A stretch of 63,498 bases of DNA, the filler included, from Hyphochytrium catenoides (lineage: Eukaryota > Protista > Hyphochytriomycota), in NCBI GenBank assembly GCA_900088475.1. It is 9 parts of 9 records of this genome, joined end to end, with 100 filler letters (N's around TTAATTAATTAA, not from the genome) between each part and the next. Parts side by side here need not be neighbours in the genome. Positions count along the whole stretch, not along the records: positions 37,349 to 38,705 come from FLMG01003758.1; positions 38,806 to 50,028 come from FLMG01001334.1; 7 more parts are not named here. One strand, given 5' to 3'. This document shows, one piece after another, positions 37,481 to 49,613 of the stretch. The notes under the pieces are model-generated. The model ran no database searches and was not told the DNA's origin. It worked only from the letters and a program-made list of their open reading frames with translations. The position numbers and the translations under genes were made by a program. The stretch's first letter is position 1. Each line of letters starts with the position of its first letter.

Positions 37481-38307
37481 CTGGAAGGCTTTATGTAGGA
37501 TGAAGTCAGAGTCTCGCGGAAAGCGATTAGTCAGCAGTACGGGCCGCAAGACTTCAATAACACGCTCCACCGGCGCTGTCACGCCTGCGTGGTCTCGCTG
37601 CAGCTGAAGACATAGAAAGGTTCGCATCAAACGACGAGAAAGAGAGAGAGAAAAATAGAAGTGTGGCAGTGCGAACTTCGAGGGCAACAGAGAGATATGT
37701 GAAGATGAGAGGCAGAGAGAAGAGGGAGATATGGTTGGAGCAAGAAGGAAGAGAGAGATGAAAGACGGGAAGATGAGTGGAGAAAGGCCCCGGTGCCGCG
37801 CACCTTGGAGATAATATGTTCCTTGATGTCACTCTCGCTAGGACACTGGCCCAAGTAGCGCACTATTGATGGCACATCGCTGGGAACACGTGGGAAGTAG
37901 GAGAGGAGAGGAGCGCTTACGATGAGAGAGGTGAGAGGCGTAGGGTTCAAAGAGGAAGTGAAGTTTATGCCAAGCAAGAAGAGAAGTAACGACCAAACAG
38001 ATGCATTGCGATGATGAGAAGGCTAAGAGAGAGAGAAGGAGGTCATTAGGGAGCCAGAGACTGACACATTGAGACAGAGGTTCCCTTTGCATAATATATC
38101 GCACCACCATCGGGAAGAGACAGAGAGAGTGAGTGTGAGAGAGAACACACTGAAGCGAGAAAGAATAGGTCCAGTTCCTCACTCAAAGGAGACCAGATTG
38201 CGGTTTTCTCTGTCGAAGATGGCACAGGCGGCTCTGATCTGCTTCTCATATCTCCTCTCCTGCTTTAGACGCAGATTCTTCTCCGCTAAACTCTCACGAC
38301 GCGCCAT
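37481..38307 (-). CDS. DRC8: Dynein regulatory complex subunit 8 / EFCAB2-like EF-hand protein, partial (exons 38307-38183, 37879-37804, 37603-37481)
   Basis: Spliced product MARRES...KQIRAACAIFDRENRNLVSFDDVPSIVRYLGQCPSESDIKEHIISKLQRD...VLLTNRFPRDSDFILHKAFQ matches EFCAB2 (IKEAFEVFDHESNNTVDVREIGTIIRSLGCCPTEGE...VLLRAFE). 3' exons lost at the contig end. Confidence 0.8.
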
Positions 38308-39016
38308 CTTCGTCACCTGTCAAGTCCGCGGCAGTGGGACCAGCGGCGTAGTATTTGCAAGGTCGGCAGGGAAAAGCGGAAGAAGTTTAACGGAAGGAAG
38401 ATGAGGAGAGACGTCGTCTTTTAGGTCATAACCTTCTTGCTGTCATTTATCCTTTCCTGGTATGGCTATGGCATAGTTTTGACAGGCAGAGGAGGGCAGC
38501 TTTCTAAGCGGCCGAAGGAGGTGATGAAGAGATCAGGAAGTCGAAGAAGTAGAGCAAGAAGGGTAGGGGCGCCAGGCCGCAGTCGGTAGAGATTCTTACT
38601 TCCCAGAAAGCTAGCGAGCAAGGAGGAAGAGAGAGGAAGAGAGAGAGAGAGAGAGAGAGAGAGGAAGAGAGAGAGAGAAGAGAGAGAGAGGAAGAGAGAG
38701 AGAGANNNNNNNNNNNNNNNNNNNNNNNNNNNNNNNNNNNNNNNNNNNNTTAATTAATTAANNNNNNNNNNNNNNNNNNNNNNNNNNNNNNNNNNNNNNN
38801 NNNNNAGAGAGAGAGAGAGAGATGACGGCGGGTAGAGAAGAAGAATACGGGATGAGGAGAGGAACGAGGAGAACAAGAAGCACACCAGGAGAGAGGAGAA
38901 AGATTGGTCCTTTGCGCTCCTCATCATGAGAGAGAAAACGGCTGATCCTGGCCACTTCCTCTGCTCCGGGCTTCGAGATCGTTGGCCACGGTTGATGAAG
39001 AGACAGGGATGAGGGT

Positions 39017-39048
<32 letters not shown>

Positions 39049-39448
39049 GGAGAGAAAGAGAGGAAAGAGACAGAAAGAGAGAGAGAGGATGAAACAAGAC
39101 ATGCTAGGAGGTGTACAGCAGCAGGAGAGAGAAAGATAGAAACAGAGCTACGAGGATCACAGAGGTTCTAAAGAAAAGAGCGACGGAAGGGTTGGGGCGC
39201 TTCTCTTCATTGCAGATAAAGGAAGCGCTGGTCTCCTGCTGCATGGAAAAAAGTACAGAGCAAAAGAAGAGAGAGAGAGAGTGAGAGAGAGAGAGTGAGA
39301 GAGAGNNNNNNNNNNNNNNNNNNNNNNNNNNNNNNNNNNNNNNNNNNNNNNNNNNNCCTCTCTGCTCCTCATAATGACCTCACACACAGTCACAGAGCGA
39401 TGACAAAGTGCGACAAGCAGAGAGAAAGAGAGAGAGAGGAACAGAGAG

Positions 39449-39490
<42 letters not shown>

Positions 39491-40208
39491 GAATGCTGAC
39501 TGTGAGTGAGGTGGTGAGAGACCAACCATAGAAAGATCGAAAGAGAGAGAGGTGCGCCGACCCGATGTCAGTGCCAGTGAGCCTTGTCAACGAAATAGTG
39601 ACCTGATTTGTTTCTCTCTCTCTCTCTCTCTCTCTTTTTTTCTCGTGCCTTGTGGACGAAACAGTGACATGTCTTTCTCTCTCTCTCTCTCTGTCTCTAT
39701 ATATATATCACTCTCATACGCACTCTGTCTCGTTTCCCTGCATACTCTCAAAGCGATTTCTTCGTATCTCTTTGTGACTCTTCTTTTTACTGTAGAACTA
39801 TGACGTCCTGTCCTCACACCTTTGTCATATAAATCCGCAATATCACTTCTAGAACAATTATTATTACGAATAAATAGATATATCATTACCGATACAGTGC
39901 GATGGTGATGGGGTAGCCTCATCTCGAAGGTCATCCCCGTTGTTCCCAGTAGATTCGCCGCCTAGTGCCTTCTTTGGAGATATTATCCTCATCACTAGCT
40001 CAATAATACGCCGCCCATCCCATCACCAGCGTCTCTCTCTTTTTTTTCTTTCTTTCTCTCTCTTCTCCCTTTTCTGCCCTGCCCTTTCTCCCTTTTAGTT
40101 TCCCTGTCTCTCTCTCTCTCTCTCTATAGTTCTACTGGTGCACCCAACATCCTCGCACCCTGCTACGCTCTCTCTAACTTCTCTCTCTTTCTTGCTCTCT
40201 CTCTCACT

Positions 40209-40240
<32 letters not shown>

Positions 40241-40377
40241 GTTGGGCGCGTTCTGCCTACTACCACCTTTTACCCGTCAACTTCCCACAACAAGCCACAA
40301 CTTGACCCAATCGTCATGTTGTCGAAGAGAGAGGAAAAGGTCAGGAGATCTATAGGTTCTCTCTCTTTTCTCATCAG

Positions 40378-40424
<47 letters not shown>

Positions 40425-41191
40425 GCTTGCTTCTCTCCCTCACCCCTCTCTCTCTCTTTCACACACATCACTCGCTTGAAACTTCTTCTGCTCACCTATT
40501 CCCTTGTTTCCCCTCTCTTCTCTTCCCTGGTCTCTCTTTCTTCCTGCCCTCTCTCTCCTTTTCCCCCCCTCCCCACAAGCTTCTTTACATCTTCGGTAGT
40601 TCTACCTCTCTTTCTTGAGAAGAAGAAGAGAGAGAGAGAGAGAGACCGAGAAAGAGATGGTAACGATTCTCTTTTCCTTCTTTTGGGCTACTCTCTTCCT
40701 CACTCCTCTTCGCTCCTCTCTCTTCAAATGCGTTGTGGATGTACATAGAGTGAGCCCCAACCACCTTTAGGAGAAGAGACAGGGAGAGGTGATAGGCAAG
40801 AGTGAGAGAGAGAGAGAGAGACAGAGAGAGAGAGAAAGCAAAGAAGGAGGAGTTTTTTATAATTTATAAAAAAGGAGAGAGAGAAGAGAGACAGAGAGAA
40901 GAAGGCATGAGAAGGTCAGCGCCTTCAGCAGTTCGTGGCANNNNNNNNNNNNNNNNNNNNNNNNNNNNNNNNNNNNNNNNNAGAGAGAGAGAGAGAGAGA
41001 GACCACAGAAAGAAGAAATCAGAACAGAGTCTATTTTATCTTCAGCTCGCTCCCAGGAGCATTGTCAGCGGCTTGAGCTCCACAAAGACCTCACAGAGAC
41101 AGCAGCAGCGCGTCGAACCAGAGAGTAAGAAGAAGAAAGAGAGAGAAAGAGAGAGACAGCTATTAAAGAGAAAAGAGTCTAGTCCCTTCCA

Positions 41192-43190
41192 ATGCCTGCA
41201 GAAGGTGGGGAATACAGAGCCACAGAGAGCATGGAGCCTTCCTCGAGGGCGACCGGCGGAGGGATGGAGGTGCGATACAGAGTGACAAACAATGGACAGA
41301 CAACTTCTTACGTCGAGCAGGTATGAAGAGAGAGAATTGAAGCACCTCTATATACATCTCTTTCTTAAGCTCTCCGTTTTCTCTCTCTCTCTCTCTCTTT
41401 CTTCTCTCTCTCTCTCTGTCTGTCTGTCCTTGGGCTCTCCTTCTTTCTGACCGTGGAGAGACTATTGTCAACTCTTCTATCGTCGCTTACCTGCAACTCT
41501 TCCAAGAAGACTCTCTTGGCCACTGCTTCCTCTACATCTTTTGTCTTTTGTCTTCCTCTGTCTCTCTTTTCTCTTTTGCTCTAACGTTGCCCATAAATCT
41601 CTCTCTGATGTCAGTCCGTCTGTCTGTCTGTCTCTCTCTCTCTGTCTTCAGGTTAATGCATTTGCTGGGCAAGACCTTGGACTCATCTTCCGTGATCCCG
41701 CCAGCATCCCCGTCAATAGAGTGACCATCGGCCCCATAGTGACGCGCACTGCCCAGTCACAGAGCGGGAGAAGAGACGAAGAGAGAAGAGAGAGAGCCCA
41801 GATTGCTCCTTCTCTCTCTTCTTCTTCTCTCCCTCCGCCTCCCACTTCTGGTTCCTCAATTCCTCCGTTCTCTGGCCAGGCACTATTGGCGCGGCGCCAG
41901 ATTAGAGAGAGCAGAAAGAGATTTGACAGCGCGGACTATTATAAGTCCAAAGCTATGGAAAGTGGCTCCAACACCGCCTCGTCTTCTTCTTCTCCATCTT
42001 CCTCTCTCTCCTCTCCTCAGGACGAGAGAGAAGAGAGAGAAGTTCCCACATCAACGGCTGGAAGGAGAGAAAGAATAGAGCACGCCTGGCAGTCAAGAGG
42101 AAGGCCTCCCGCAGTGGTGACAAATGCCGCACTTCTCTCTCTTTCTCCCTCTTCTTCGACAGTCTCTCTCTCTCCTCGCACGTTAGAGTCCACGTACGGG
42201 CCTATGAGCGCGAGAGTTATAGCAAAGAGACAGCTTCAGATGCCACATCTAAGGAGGTTTGATAGCGCTGATCACTTTATAGAAAAGAGACAAGAGAGAG
42301 AGAGAAGGCTCAGGGTAGAGATAGACACAATGGAGAGAGAGGACGAGGAAAGCTCTCAGAACGGGGAGAGGGCTAGTGCCCCAAGCTCTCCCCCTGCTCC
42401 TGAGCCCATCCATAGTCCGAATGGAAGCGGAGAGAGAGGAGAGAAGAAGAGAGAAGACGAGGCTCAGTCTCCCCGGTTCAGATACGGGAGCATTGCTGCC
42501 AAGAAGATCCTTATGAACCGAAGAAGAACGGCTTCTCGAGGAAGATTTGACAGCGCAGAGTACTTTAGTCAGCACGGCGAGGAAGAGAGAGAAGCCTCTC
42601 CGGCTCCTTCTCTCCCGCTTCGCAGCTATTCTTCCTCTTCTCTCTTCTCGGAGAGACAGAGAGAATGGGAGAGGGCAGAGTCTATGGCTCCTCTCTCTCT
42701 TCGGAGAGCCTCTTCTCAGGAGAGACCTTTCTCTCTCTCTCTTGAAAGAAACCAGGAAGTCCAGTCTAAGAGAAAAGTCTATGAAAGTCTCTCGGGACAG
42801 AGATACTACGCCCAGAGACAGACTTGCGAGAAACTGAAAAGATTTGACTCGGCAGACTTCTTCTCTTCCTCTCTCTCCGAGCACCAACGAAGAGGAGAGA
42901 GGGGGGGAGAAAGGTTCTCTCTCTCTAAGAGAGAGGCAAAGGACAAGCTAGAGACTGTTAAACGTGAACTGGAAAGAGTTAGGCTAAGAGAGAAAGTCCT
43001 CGAGGAAGAGAGAGTGTACTTGGAAGATATGCTGAGGCAAATGGAAGAGGAAGAGAGAGTGACGCGGAGGCTTCTCCCTCAAGGCTCCCACAGCTCTAAC
43101 AGAGCGGAGAGAGGGAGCGAAGTGGAAGAAGAGGAGGTGCAAGCGTTAGATGATCTTGATGACATAGACAGAGCGGTCTGTGAGAGGTGA
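41192..43190 (+). CDS. 555-aa protein with four endosulfine/ARPP19-like FDSA(D/E)(Y/H/F) motifs and a C-terminal coiled coil (exons 41192-41320, 41652-43190)
   Basis: ATG at 41192 follows an in-frame stop; phase-0 GT-AG intron; motifs RKRFDSADYY, LRRFDSADHF, RGRFDSAEYF, LKRFDSADFF. Confidence 0.8.
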
Positions 43191-44077
43191 GACAGAGAGG
43201 GTCGAAGCTGGTAGTATTATATCTCCGATAAGCTGTAAATAGATAGAACGCAATGGTCGAGGAGAGAGAGTTTCTCCCTGGGCCGATAACTTAAGCTCTC
43301 TCTCTCTCCCTAGCTCTGCTCTCTCTCTTTCCTCTTCTCTCTCCGTCACTCTTTCTCTCTGTCACTCTTTTCTCTTCTCTCTAGGGTCGGATGACTGACA
43401 AAGAAAAGGTGAAAGTAGGAAGACCGAGGTGGCCTCTCCTCCCTTGATACATTTCTTCGGATCACCACTTTCCTAGTCTGACTCCTTTGCATTCCATATT
43501 TTCTCCTCTCTCTCTCCCTTTCTCTGTCTGTCTGTCTGTCTGTGTCTTTCTTTCTCTCCCTCTCTGAACCGCTCTCTCACTGCTTTCTTCCGCATTCTGG
43601 GCAAGACGAGTCTTCCAGTCTAACAGCACGGTCTTGGCAGCACAGTCTTGGCAGCACAGCAGTTCCTTCTGCTCACCTTGCTCCTTTTGTTTCAAAAGTT
43701 CTCTTGCTCTTTACTCATGCTCCTCCCGGCCTCTTTCCTTTCTTCAAACTCCTCTTCTCTCTCTCTCCCTCACTCTCTCTTTCTCTCTTTCTCTCTCTCT
43801 TTCTCTCCTGGAGAGGATCTTCTTCGTCTGCCTTCGTCAGGTGCTTGCCGCCGCTCGCGCTCTGGCTGTGACCTTTGACTTTCCCATTTCCCTTGCCTCC
43901 TCACCAAACCTGACCGTTAGCAGCTATCCAAATGGTCTGTAGTGGTGTGGTAATACGATATCCACAGGAGGTAAGCCCCTTGATTGGCTTGGAATAGGAT
44001 AGTAATATGCCGGAGGTCTAGTCATCAAGCGGAGGCTGATGGCTGGACTCGAGCGAGAGTGGAGATCCTTTTCTCTT

Positions 44078-44113
<36 letters not shown>

Positions 44114-44584
44114 CTCTCCCTCTCTCCCTGCGTCTCTTTCTCTCTCCTTATGTAAGAAGCCATCCCTCTCCGTCATTTGCTTCCCCTGCGGCCTTCAGAG
44201 AGAGAGAGAGGGAGAGAGAGAGACAGGGTGAGAGAGAGAGGGAGAGAGACAGGAGAGAGAGAGAGACACAGAGAGACAGGAGAGAGAGAGAGAGAGAGAA
44301 AGGAACTACAATCTTCATCCAGAGCTTCAGGTTCCTTGCCAGTAAGTTATAAAAGCCTGTGATCTGGCTCAAGAGACAAAGAAGCGACAGTGAGCGAACG
44401 AAGGGAAGAGAGAGAGAGAGAGAGGCTCTTTCTTTGTCCACCTCCGCCCAGAGTTAAAGTTGCCAAGTCCGCGGCAGAACGGTTCCTGAAAGAGAGTCTG
44501 TCCCTTTCACTCGGAGAAAGAGAGAGAGAGAGAAACAGAAAGAGAGAGAGAAAGAGAGAGAGAGAGGTGCTTATCAAGACAACG

Positions 44585-44895
44585 ATGATTCGAGGCACCA
44601 AGTCCAGCGCTGTCTCTGTTGCTTCCTCTGTCCGGCAGTCCTTGCTTGGCTACACATCTTCCTCTTCTTCTCTCTCTTCTTTCCCTTCCGCGTCGTCTCT
44701 CTCCTTCGCTCGCCGGTTCACAGAGAGCGCAGAGGCAGTGCAGAAGGCTGGGCCCGAGACAGAGGCGAAGAGTGTAGGCGCTTACTTCAGTGACCTCGAG
44801 TACAGAGGTAGAGGAGGAAGACTCTTGAAGATATCGCCGCTGCATAACCTGCTGAGACAGTAAGTGGAGAGAAGAGCCTCACTTCTCCTTCTCTC

Positions 44896-44939
<44 letters not shown>

Positions 44940-45051
44940 GGGTGGTAATGTCTCTCTCTCTCAGTGTGTTTGTGTGTCTGTCACTTTATCTTCTGCCTCC
45001 ATTGCTTGTCTTGCCTCTGATCTCTTGCAAGAAAATGCTCCATCTTTAAGA

Positions 45052-45087
<36 letters not shown>

Positions 45088-46246
45088 ACAAGTGTCAAGA
45101 GCCCTCATGACGTGCATCTGGCGATCGAGGCGATGAAAATTTATCAGAACAAGTCAATTGCCCTCACAGATGAGACGATGGCGCTCTTTGTCGCCGCGTG
45201 CTGCAAGGCAGGAGAGCCGAAGAGAGCTCTGGATTATTTGGAAGAGAAGAAGAGAAGACATCTGCGGGAGCTTCTCTCTCCTACTTCCTATCGAAATCTA
45301 CTGGGCGGTCTCTCTTCTCTTCATGACTTTGAAGGGACACTGAAGACCTTCGAGCTCATGAAGAGACAGAACCTCGCCTTGGACGGCAGACTCTTTCACT
45401 TTGTAATCAAGTAAGGGAAGAAAAAAGAGAGAGAGAGAGAGCGGTGACTCTTGCCCCTGGGCTCTCTCTCTTTTGGCTCTCTCTCTCTCACACTCTCTCT
45501 CTCTCTCTTGGCTTGCTTTCTCTCTTTGTATTCTTCCAGTTTCCCTTCCCTCCCTTTCAAACCAATTTTCGTGGGGTCTTTCACTCGGTTGCTGACTCTC
45601 TCTCTTTCTCTCTCTCCCTCCAGAGCCTGCATTGACACTGACAACGTAGAGAAGGCACTAGAACTATTAGAAGAGAGAACGTAAGTAGAAAGATATTGAA
45701 GAGGAGAGAGAGAGAGAGGAGATGGACACTCCTCGACCTGCCCATCAATCCTCTCTCTCTCTCTTGCTCTCATTCCTGTTAACTTGCGCCTTCCTGCTTT
45801 ACATAGAGAGGAAAAGCGTTATGGATGCTGGCCTTCCTTCTTTCTGGAACGCTTCTCTCTTTCGGTTCTTTCAAGCCTGCACAGTATCCTAGCTAACAGA
45901 TCTAACAAACTCTCTCTCTCTCTCTCTTCCTTTCTCTCTCTTCTCTCTCCGTCTTTCCTTTCAGGGCTGCGTCATCGACTCTAGAGGTACGGCCTGCGAC
46001 TATCAACAAGATTATCGCTTACCTGAAGACCAAAAATGACGCAGAGAAGGTGAGGAAGACTTGAGAAGAGAGGGACGGCCGACTCATGCTTTTTGGGAAA
46101 CTCAACACTCTCTCTCTCTCTCTTTGCCGTCGTATTTCTCTTTTTCTCTCCCCTTCTCTATCCGATAGCTGCAGCGGGTGAATGAGATTGTGAAGGCGCT
46201 AGGCATCAAGGGCAACGAGTCAACGAAGAAGCTGTTGGTGGACTAA
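44585..46246 (+). CDS. Small PPR (pentatricopeptide repeat) protein with a likely mitochondrial presequence (exons 44585-44859, 45093-45410, 45624-45680, 45965-46049, 46169-46246)
   Basis: S/R-rich, acid-free N-terminus ending ARRF; PPR-like units TMALFVAACCKAGEPKRALDYLEE, SYRNLLGGLSSLHDFEGTLKTFELMK, FHFVIKACIDTDNVEKALELLEE; all junctions in frame. Confidence 0.82.
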
Positions 46247-46702
46247 AAAAAAGAGAGAGGAGAGAGAGAGAGAGAAAGAGCTACAAGCTGGAGAGATAGA
46301 AGAGAACGGTAATACAAAGAGGAAAGGAGAAGAAGAAGGAAAGGCAGCTTCCTAGTTCAGCCTCTGCTTGTTACTTATTTTATAATGGGAAAACAGCCCA
46401 ACCACTGATGAGATCGTTGAAAGAGCATCTTTCTCTCTCTCTCTCTCTCTAGTAGGCTTTCTCTCCCTCTCCACTTTTCTCCTGTTACCAAGTGTTGTCC
46501 CAAAGCAGATCATTATCATCACAAGCCGTGCCTTCGCTGCAAACTCTGTCTTTCTCTTTCTCGTGGCACCTGCCTCTCCCTCTTTCCTTCAAAAGTAGGT
46601 CTTTGGTCTCTCTCCGTCTTGTCTCTCTCGGATGGAGAGCGAACCCTCCTTTCCTAAGCTCTTTCTTGCACGCTTCCTTTCTCTCTTCCCCAAGGAGAAG
46701 TA

Positions 46703-46733
<31 letters not shown>

Positions 46734-46746
46734 CGCTTTCTCTCCT

Positions 46747-47945
46747 CTACTCGACATACTTCTGAGTGACTGATGCGCCTTTGAGCCCTGCAGCCTCTAT
46801 CGTTTGGTCCATACTCTTCAGCGGCGTAGGAGGAAAGCCGGCGGAAAGAGTGTACGGCCGCTCGCCACCATTTTCCCTAGAGAGAGAGACACACATAGAG
46901 AAGAAAGAGAGCATGTGACCATCATTGAGGATAACCCGAGAGAGAGGGAAGAGTGAGAGGAACAGACACATAGAGAATAAAGAAAGCATGTGAACACTTG
47001 AGGATAACCCCAGAGAGAGGGAAAGAGAGAGAGAGAGAAAGAGAAAGGGAGAAGATGAAGGTTCCGGACAGCAGTGAATGGGATGCATGTCCTTTAATTC
47101 TGGTGGGACTGGAAGAGAGGAAAGGATGAGAGACAAGAGAGAGAGAAAGAAGAGACGCTGAGAGAAAAGAAGTGGCACTGACAGAAAGGGAGGAACGAGA
47201 AAACCGAGAAGCAACAGAGAGAGAGAGAGAGAAGACCCTGGGACGAGGTTACAGAGGAAGAAACAACAGACAAGCGAGTGAGGGAGGAAGGCAAAGAGAA
47301 AGGGAGAGATAGAGAGCCAGGGGACAAGGAGAGAGAGAGAATGAGTGATAAAACCGGAACTGGCGCGGGCGAGATAGGAGAGAAACCATGGAATGAAGAG
47401 AAAGATAGACAGAGAGAGAGAAGAGAGAAAGATGAAAAGAGAGAGAGAGAGAGGGAGAGAGAGAGAGAGAAGTATAGCCTCTTTTCTTACGCATTGATAT
47501 AGTTGAAGAGGTCTCCGACTGTGTGAGAGAGGTTCAGGGTCACTCTCAAGCGCCGTCCGTCCGCCAGCCGCACCTGCACCGTCCCCACAGGCGCCGAAGA
47601 GTCCACAGTCGGCTTCTCTCCTCCCCAGTCAGCACATCCAACGGCCACCTCGGACTGGGAGGATGACGCCTCAGCCCTTGAGAGAGAGAGAAAGAGAGAA
47701 AGAGAGAGAAGGGAAGAAGTTCGTTCCGAGGGAGACAAGTCAAGTGAGAGTCAGGGGTCCAAGTGCATAGAAGAAAGTTCCAGCTGACAGGGGAGGGGAG
47801 ACAAATTCAATGTGGGAAGACGAGCTGCGTTCAAGGAGAAAATGGCAACAGAGATACTATCAAGCAACTTGTAGAAGAGTTAGCCGGAAAGAGAGAGAGA
47901 GAGAGGGGGAGAAGAGAGGAAGAGAGAGGGAGAGGGAGAGAGAGG

Positions 47946-47980
<35 letters not shown>

Positions 47981-48145
47981 ATAAGATGCTGCCGCCAGAG
48001 CTGAAAGAGAGAAGGAGGTTGTGAGAGAGCGAACGATAGGAAGANNNNNNNNNNNNNNNNNNNNNNNNNNNNNNNNNNNNNNNNNNNCTGCGGGACAACA
48101 CTAGGAAAGGCGGAGGCAAGAGAGACAGGGCATGTATGCAGAAGG

Positions 48146-48189
<44 letters not shown>

Positions 48190-49389
48190 GAGAGGGAACG
48201 AGAAAAGTGAGTGGGCACACGGTATGGTTGCCCAATATCTCACTTCCTATAATGTCTTCCCTCTGTTTTCCTTTCTGATCCCTCTGCTCGTATTCTCTCT
48301 CTCTCTCTTTCCCTCTCTCTCTGTGTCTCTCTCCCACTCATCTCTCTCTCTCTCTGTGTATGCCATCCCGGCGTACCCTTTGGAGATGTCATCCAAGAAG
48401 CTTTTATTCGCAGGATCCTGGAGGCTTCTGAGCGGCCCATTGTCCACTGTGAAGCCATTGCTATAAAAGGTGATGATCCTAGCGTTCTCGGCAGGAGATG
48501 AAGATACCGCGCCAGAGCTGAAAGAGAGAGAGAGAGACACACACACACACACACACACAGAGAGGAAGATAGAGGAACAGAGAGAGAGACAGAGACGGTG
48601 AGAGAGAGATTAGCGCGGAAAGAAATCTTTTTTCGGGTGGAAGAGGCGCTATATGGGGTACGCATAGAGAGAGGAAAGAGAGAGAGAAAAAGAGAAAGAG
48701 AGAGAGAGAAAGAGGGGTTGTATAGAGCTGGAAAAACAGAGGGAAAAGAGCGAAGAGGTAAGGGGCAAGAAGAGAGACAATGAGGAATAAGCTAAAGAGA
48801 GAAAACAGGGAGAAAGAAGGGCGATAGGTGAACAGGTTGAAGGCAGCGACGGTTCAACAGAGACACACAGAAATCTGTCAGAGAGACTCACGCTCGCGCT
48901 CTTTGAAAGACATCCGAGACCGGATCTGCGCCGTCAGAGTTCCTCAATACGGAGAGGCCGCTAAGGAAGAGCAACAACAGTTAGAACCGCCTGAGCACAA
49001 ACGGGCAGAGAAAAGAGAGAGAGAGAAACAGAGAGAGGGAGGGAGAGAGAGAAAAAGAGAGAAGAGCCATAGAGAGAGAGAAAAGAGAGAGAGAGACACA
49101 CACTAAGTAGTAGAATGCTCTTGTGAATAAGGAGGAGGAACAGGCGAGAGAAGAGAGCATAGAGAGAGAGAGAGAGAGAAAGAGAGGTAACATTTAAAGT
49201 AGTTGAAAACTTCTAGTGAAGAAGAAGGAACAGAGGACAGAGAAGGGGAGAGAGAGAGAGAAAGACGCTTGAAGGGAGAGTTGCTGAGGAGAGCAAGCGA
49301 GCACGCGTGGGGCCAACGAGGGATCCCAGAAGAGACGATCCACCTCCACAGACTGTGCCAAGGTACAAGAGGAAGAGAGAGACAGAGAA

Positions 49390-49422
<33 letters not shown>

Positions 49423-49613
49423 AAAGAGAGAAACACTGAGAGAGACTAATGAGGAAGTTAAGGCCCTGAGAGGTGATAAGTAATCGGCCAGGGCTCTGCC
49501 TACCTTCCGCCACCGCGCGCATCGGTTCCTCCTACATAGACACCTTCGTCGTCCTTCTCTTCCTCTCTGCCCTCATCCTTCCTCAGGCTGTTCAAGCTCA
49601 CAATGTTCGCCAT
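46747..49613 (-). CDS. p97/Cdc48 cofactor of the p47/p37 (Shp1) family: SEP + UBX domains
   Basis: Exons 49613-49504 (MANIVSL...YVGG...GG), 48960-48892 ([15 protein letters not shown]), 48517-48377 ([33 protein letters not shown] = SEP), ~47677-47490 ([21 protein letters not shown]) and ~46877-46747 ([24 protein letters not shown] = UBX); one exon is interrupted by an N gap. Confidence 0.9.

Noticed and set aside
38806-40000. Possible minus-strand exons (e.g. QPWPTISKPGAEEVARISRF)
   Set aside because: Fragmentary, broken by N gaps and the contig end; no family recognisable.
43462-44163. Short minus-strand ORFs between the endosulfine-like and PPR genes
   Set aside because: No homology cues or convincing splice structure.
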